Part shown: positions 62,037 through 64,000 of the stretch, piece after piece
How positions within the stretch are numbered: position 1 is the first letter of the stretch
How the letters are laid out: each line of letters begins with the position of its first letter
DNA from: Azolla caroliniana
Taxonomy: Eukaryota; Plantae; Polypodiophyta
Direction of reading: 5' to 3'
Length of the DNA stretch: 64,000 nt
NCBI GenBank assembly: GCA_043228905.1
Contig: JBHGNT010000011.1
Location: 12,152,001-12,216,000, forward strand
Notes under the pieces: model-generated
The model's input: the letters and a program-made list of their open reading frames with translations, nothing else
Database searches by the model: none
Told to the model about the DNA's origin: nothing
Program-made: the position numbers and the translations under genes

Positions 62037-64000
62037 CTATCTACACATATGTAAGGAATCATGTATATAGATATTTGACATACTTACATAAGCCGCAGTA
62101 TCCATTACATCTTCTAGGATTGCATGTTCAAAGGCATGCCTAGCAAGCTCCATGTTTCCCCATTTTTGGCAAGCTCCCAAAACTGAATGCCAAATTATAG
62201 AACTAGGCCTGAATGGCATTTTAGTGACAACTGCTAAAGCCATCTCAATGCAGCCTGCTCGGCCAAGAAGATCTATGATACAAGTGAAATGCTCAGGAAC
62301 TGCTATCGAACAAGAATCATTGATTATGAAGGCAAAATACACTTTACCCCACTCAAGTAAACCCTCATGACTACACACATTGAGAATGCTAACAAATGTA
62401 ATCATGTTCGGCGATACACCTTCTGCTACCATTCTACGAAATATGTCAAACACATATTTGCTTTGTCCAGTTTGTGAGTAACCTCCAATTAGAGCATTCC
62501 ATGATATTAGATCTTGGACTTCAGCTTTATCAAATATTTCTTGTGCGTCTAGAAGTAAACCACATTTGGCATACATATCAAGCAAGGTATTTGTGCCAAT
62601 AAGTTCATTATCCAACCCTTTCTTCACAATTGCGACGTGCATTTCCCTACCCTTGACACTGGCTCCAACAATTCCACATGCTCGTAAGCCACACACAAAG
62701 GTTACAGTACCTAATATGATGTTTTCTCGTTCCATTAGTTCAAAACAATTGAGAGCTTCCTCACAATATCCATACTCTACATATCCTACAATAAGCATAG
62801 TCCATGTAACCACATCTCGGGCCGGAATCTTATCGAACGTTGTTTCTGCTATAGCAAGTAAACCACATTTAATATACATATCGACTACTGTGTTCCCAAC
62901 TATAGTTTCTATCTCTAACCCTTTCTTTACAATCTCTATATATACCTCATGGCCTTTCTCTATAGCTCCTATGCTTCCACACGCTTTTAAGCAGCAAGAG
63001 AGCGTGACCATATCAGGAGTCAAATCATCCTCATTGTCATGCATTCTTTCATAGCAGTTAATGGCTTCTTGGCTTTTACTAGCTTCAGCATATCCTGAGA
63101 TCAATGTGTTCCATGATATTATTGTTCGAAACTGAAACTTATCGAAGACATCTCGAGCTTCAAATAACAACCCATGTTTTACATACATATCAACCAATGC
63201 ATTGCCGAGAAGAACCGGTGTTTCCAGCCCTTTTTTCACTATTTCTGAGTGTATATCATACCCTTTCTGTATGGCTGGAATGCTCAAACAAACTTTTAGA
63301 ATACTAGTAAATGTGGCACAACTTGGCGAAACACCGTCTAATTGCATTTGTTCAAAACAATCCAGCGCATGCATCGAATCACCATATTCATAATAACCAG
63401 CAATCATCACAGTCCATGAAACTACATCTTGCTCTTGAATCCTATCAAAAACTTTCAAAGATTCTTCAAGAAAACCAAATTTAGAGTACATTTCAAGCAA
63501 TGCATTGCCAATAAGCACATTGCTTTCCAATCCCCTTTCAATAACCTCTCCATGTATTTTCCTTCCACTTTCGGCACAACAGTGGTTGTAGCAAGCTCTC
63601 AAGATACACACTAGTGTCATTGTACCTGGAGAGATACTCTCACGTTTCATTTGTTCGAAACAACGAAATGTTTCTTCAATTTCTCTTTGATCACTATAGC
63701 CTGATATTAGCGCCATCCACAATGCTTCATCTCGAACATAAAGCTTGTCAAAAACATCTTTCGCATCCAAAAGGTGACCACATTTCACATACATATCAAC
63801 AAGGGTGCTCCCCCCCACAAAGGTTTCTGTTTCCAGTGCACCTATTTGAACGATGTTTACATGCATCTCTCGGCCTTTGTCTATGGCCTTTATGCTGCCA
63901 CAAGCTTTCAAAATGATGCTGGTAGTGATTGCACCTTGTGAGATACCTTCACATTGCATTTGTTCACTGTAACCTAATACTTCTTCAATATGCCCATTCT
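62037..64000 (-). CDS. PLS-class pentatricopeptide repeat protein with E domain and no DYW; 5' end lies outside the window
   Basis: Repeating P-L-S triplets (VVSWTVMIAGY, TFTSILKVC, GNALVDMYVKHG) and the E region MPFRPSSIIWHSVLGACQKWGN...AAYVSMSNIY. Confidence 0.95.
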   Translation of the reverse strand, partial: NGHIEEVLGYSEQMQCEGISQGAITTSIILKACGSIKAIDKGREMHVNIVQIGALETETFVGGSTLVDMYVKCGHLLDAKDVFDKLYVRDEALWMALISGYSDQREIEETFRCFEQMKRESISPGTMTLVCILRACYNHCCAESGRKIHGEVIERGLESNVLIGNALLEMYSKFGFLEESLKVFDRIQEQDVVSWTVMIAGYYEYGDSMHALDCFEQMQLDGVSPSCATFTSILKVCLSIPAIQKGYDIHSEIVKKGLETPVLLGNALVDMYVKHGLLFEARDVFDKFQFRTIISWNTLISGYAEASKSQEAINCYERMHDNEDDLTPDMVTLSCCLKACGSIGAIEKGHEVYIEIVKKGLEIETIVGNTVVDMYIKCGLLAIAETTFDKIPARDVVTWTMLIVGYVEYGYCEEALNCFELMERENIILGTVTFVCGLRACGIVGASVKGREMHVAIVKKGLDNELIGTNTLLDMYAKCGLLLDAQEIFDKAEVQDLISWNALIGGYSQTGQSKYVFDIFRRMVAEGVSPNMITFVSILNVCSHEGLLEWGKVYFAFIINDSCSIAVPEHFTCIIDLLGRAGCIEMALAVVTKMPFRPSSIIWHSVLGACQKWGNMELARHAFEHAILEDVMDTAAYVSMSNIYIHDSLHMCR

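Overview
Eukaryotic land-plant nuclear DNA, most likely a fern. This is inferred from plastid fragments with an unedited ACG start codon, a PLS-class PPR gene and a Tcn1-type chromovirus. About two thirds of the window is nested transposon debris. A full-length chromodomain Ty3/gypsy element (1269-6543) sits inside the endonuclease of an L1-like LINE. There is a second LINE bounded by (TC)n/(TTC)n tracts, two solo LTRs and two hAT-type MITEs. A tandem segmental duplication (about 29.2-41.3 kb versus 41.3-47.1 kb) carries a non-coding LTR element; one copy has since received a Ty1/copia element and the other a 1.6 kb patchwork of short plastid gene fragments. A 6.1 kb Mutator-like element carries a spliced zinc-finger/Ulp1-protease gene. 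Four host genes are recognisable: a four-exon receptor-like cytoplasmic pseudokinase, exosome subunit RRP45 (nine exons, two GC-AG introns), a five-bladed beta-propeller glycoside hydrolase-like gene with an intronless CDS, and a PLS-E PPR gene running off the window. The most notable signals are a co-varying tRNA-independent self-priming architecture shared by two unrelated LTR families, the plastid mosaic with an rpoB hairpin and an in-frame petA::rbcL fusion, and apparent microsatellite targeting by both the LINEs and the MULEs. Alignments and counts were done by eye.
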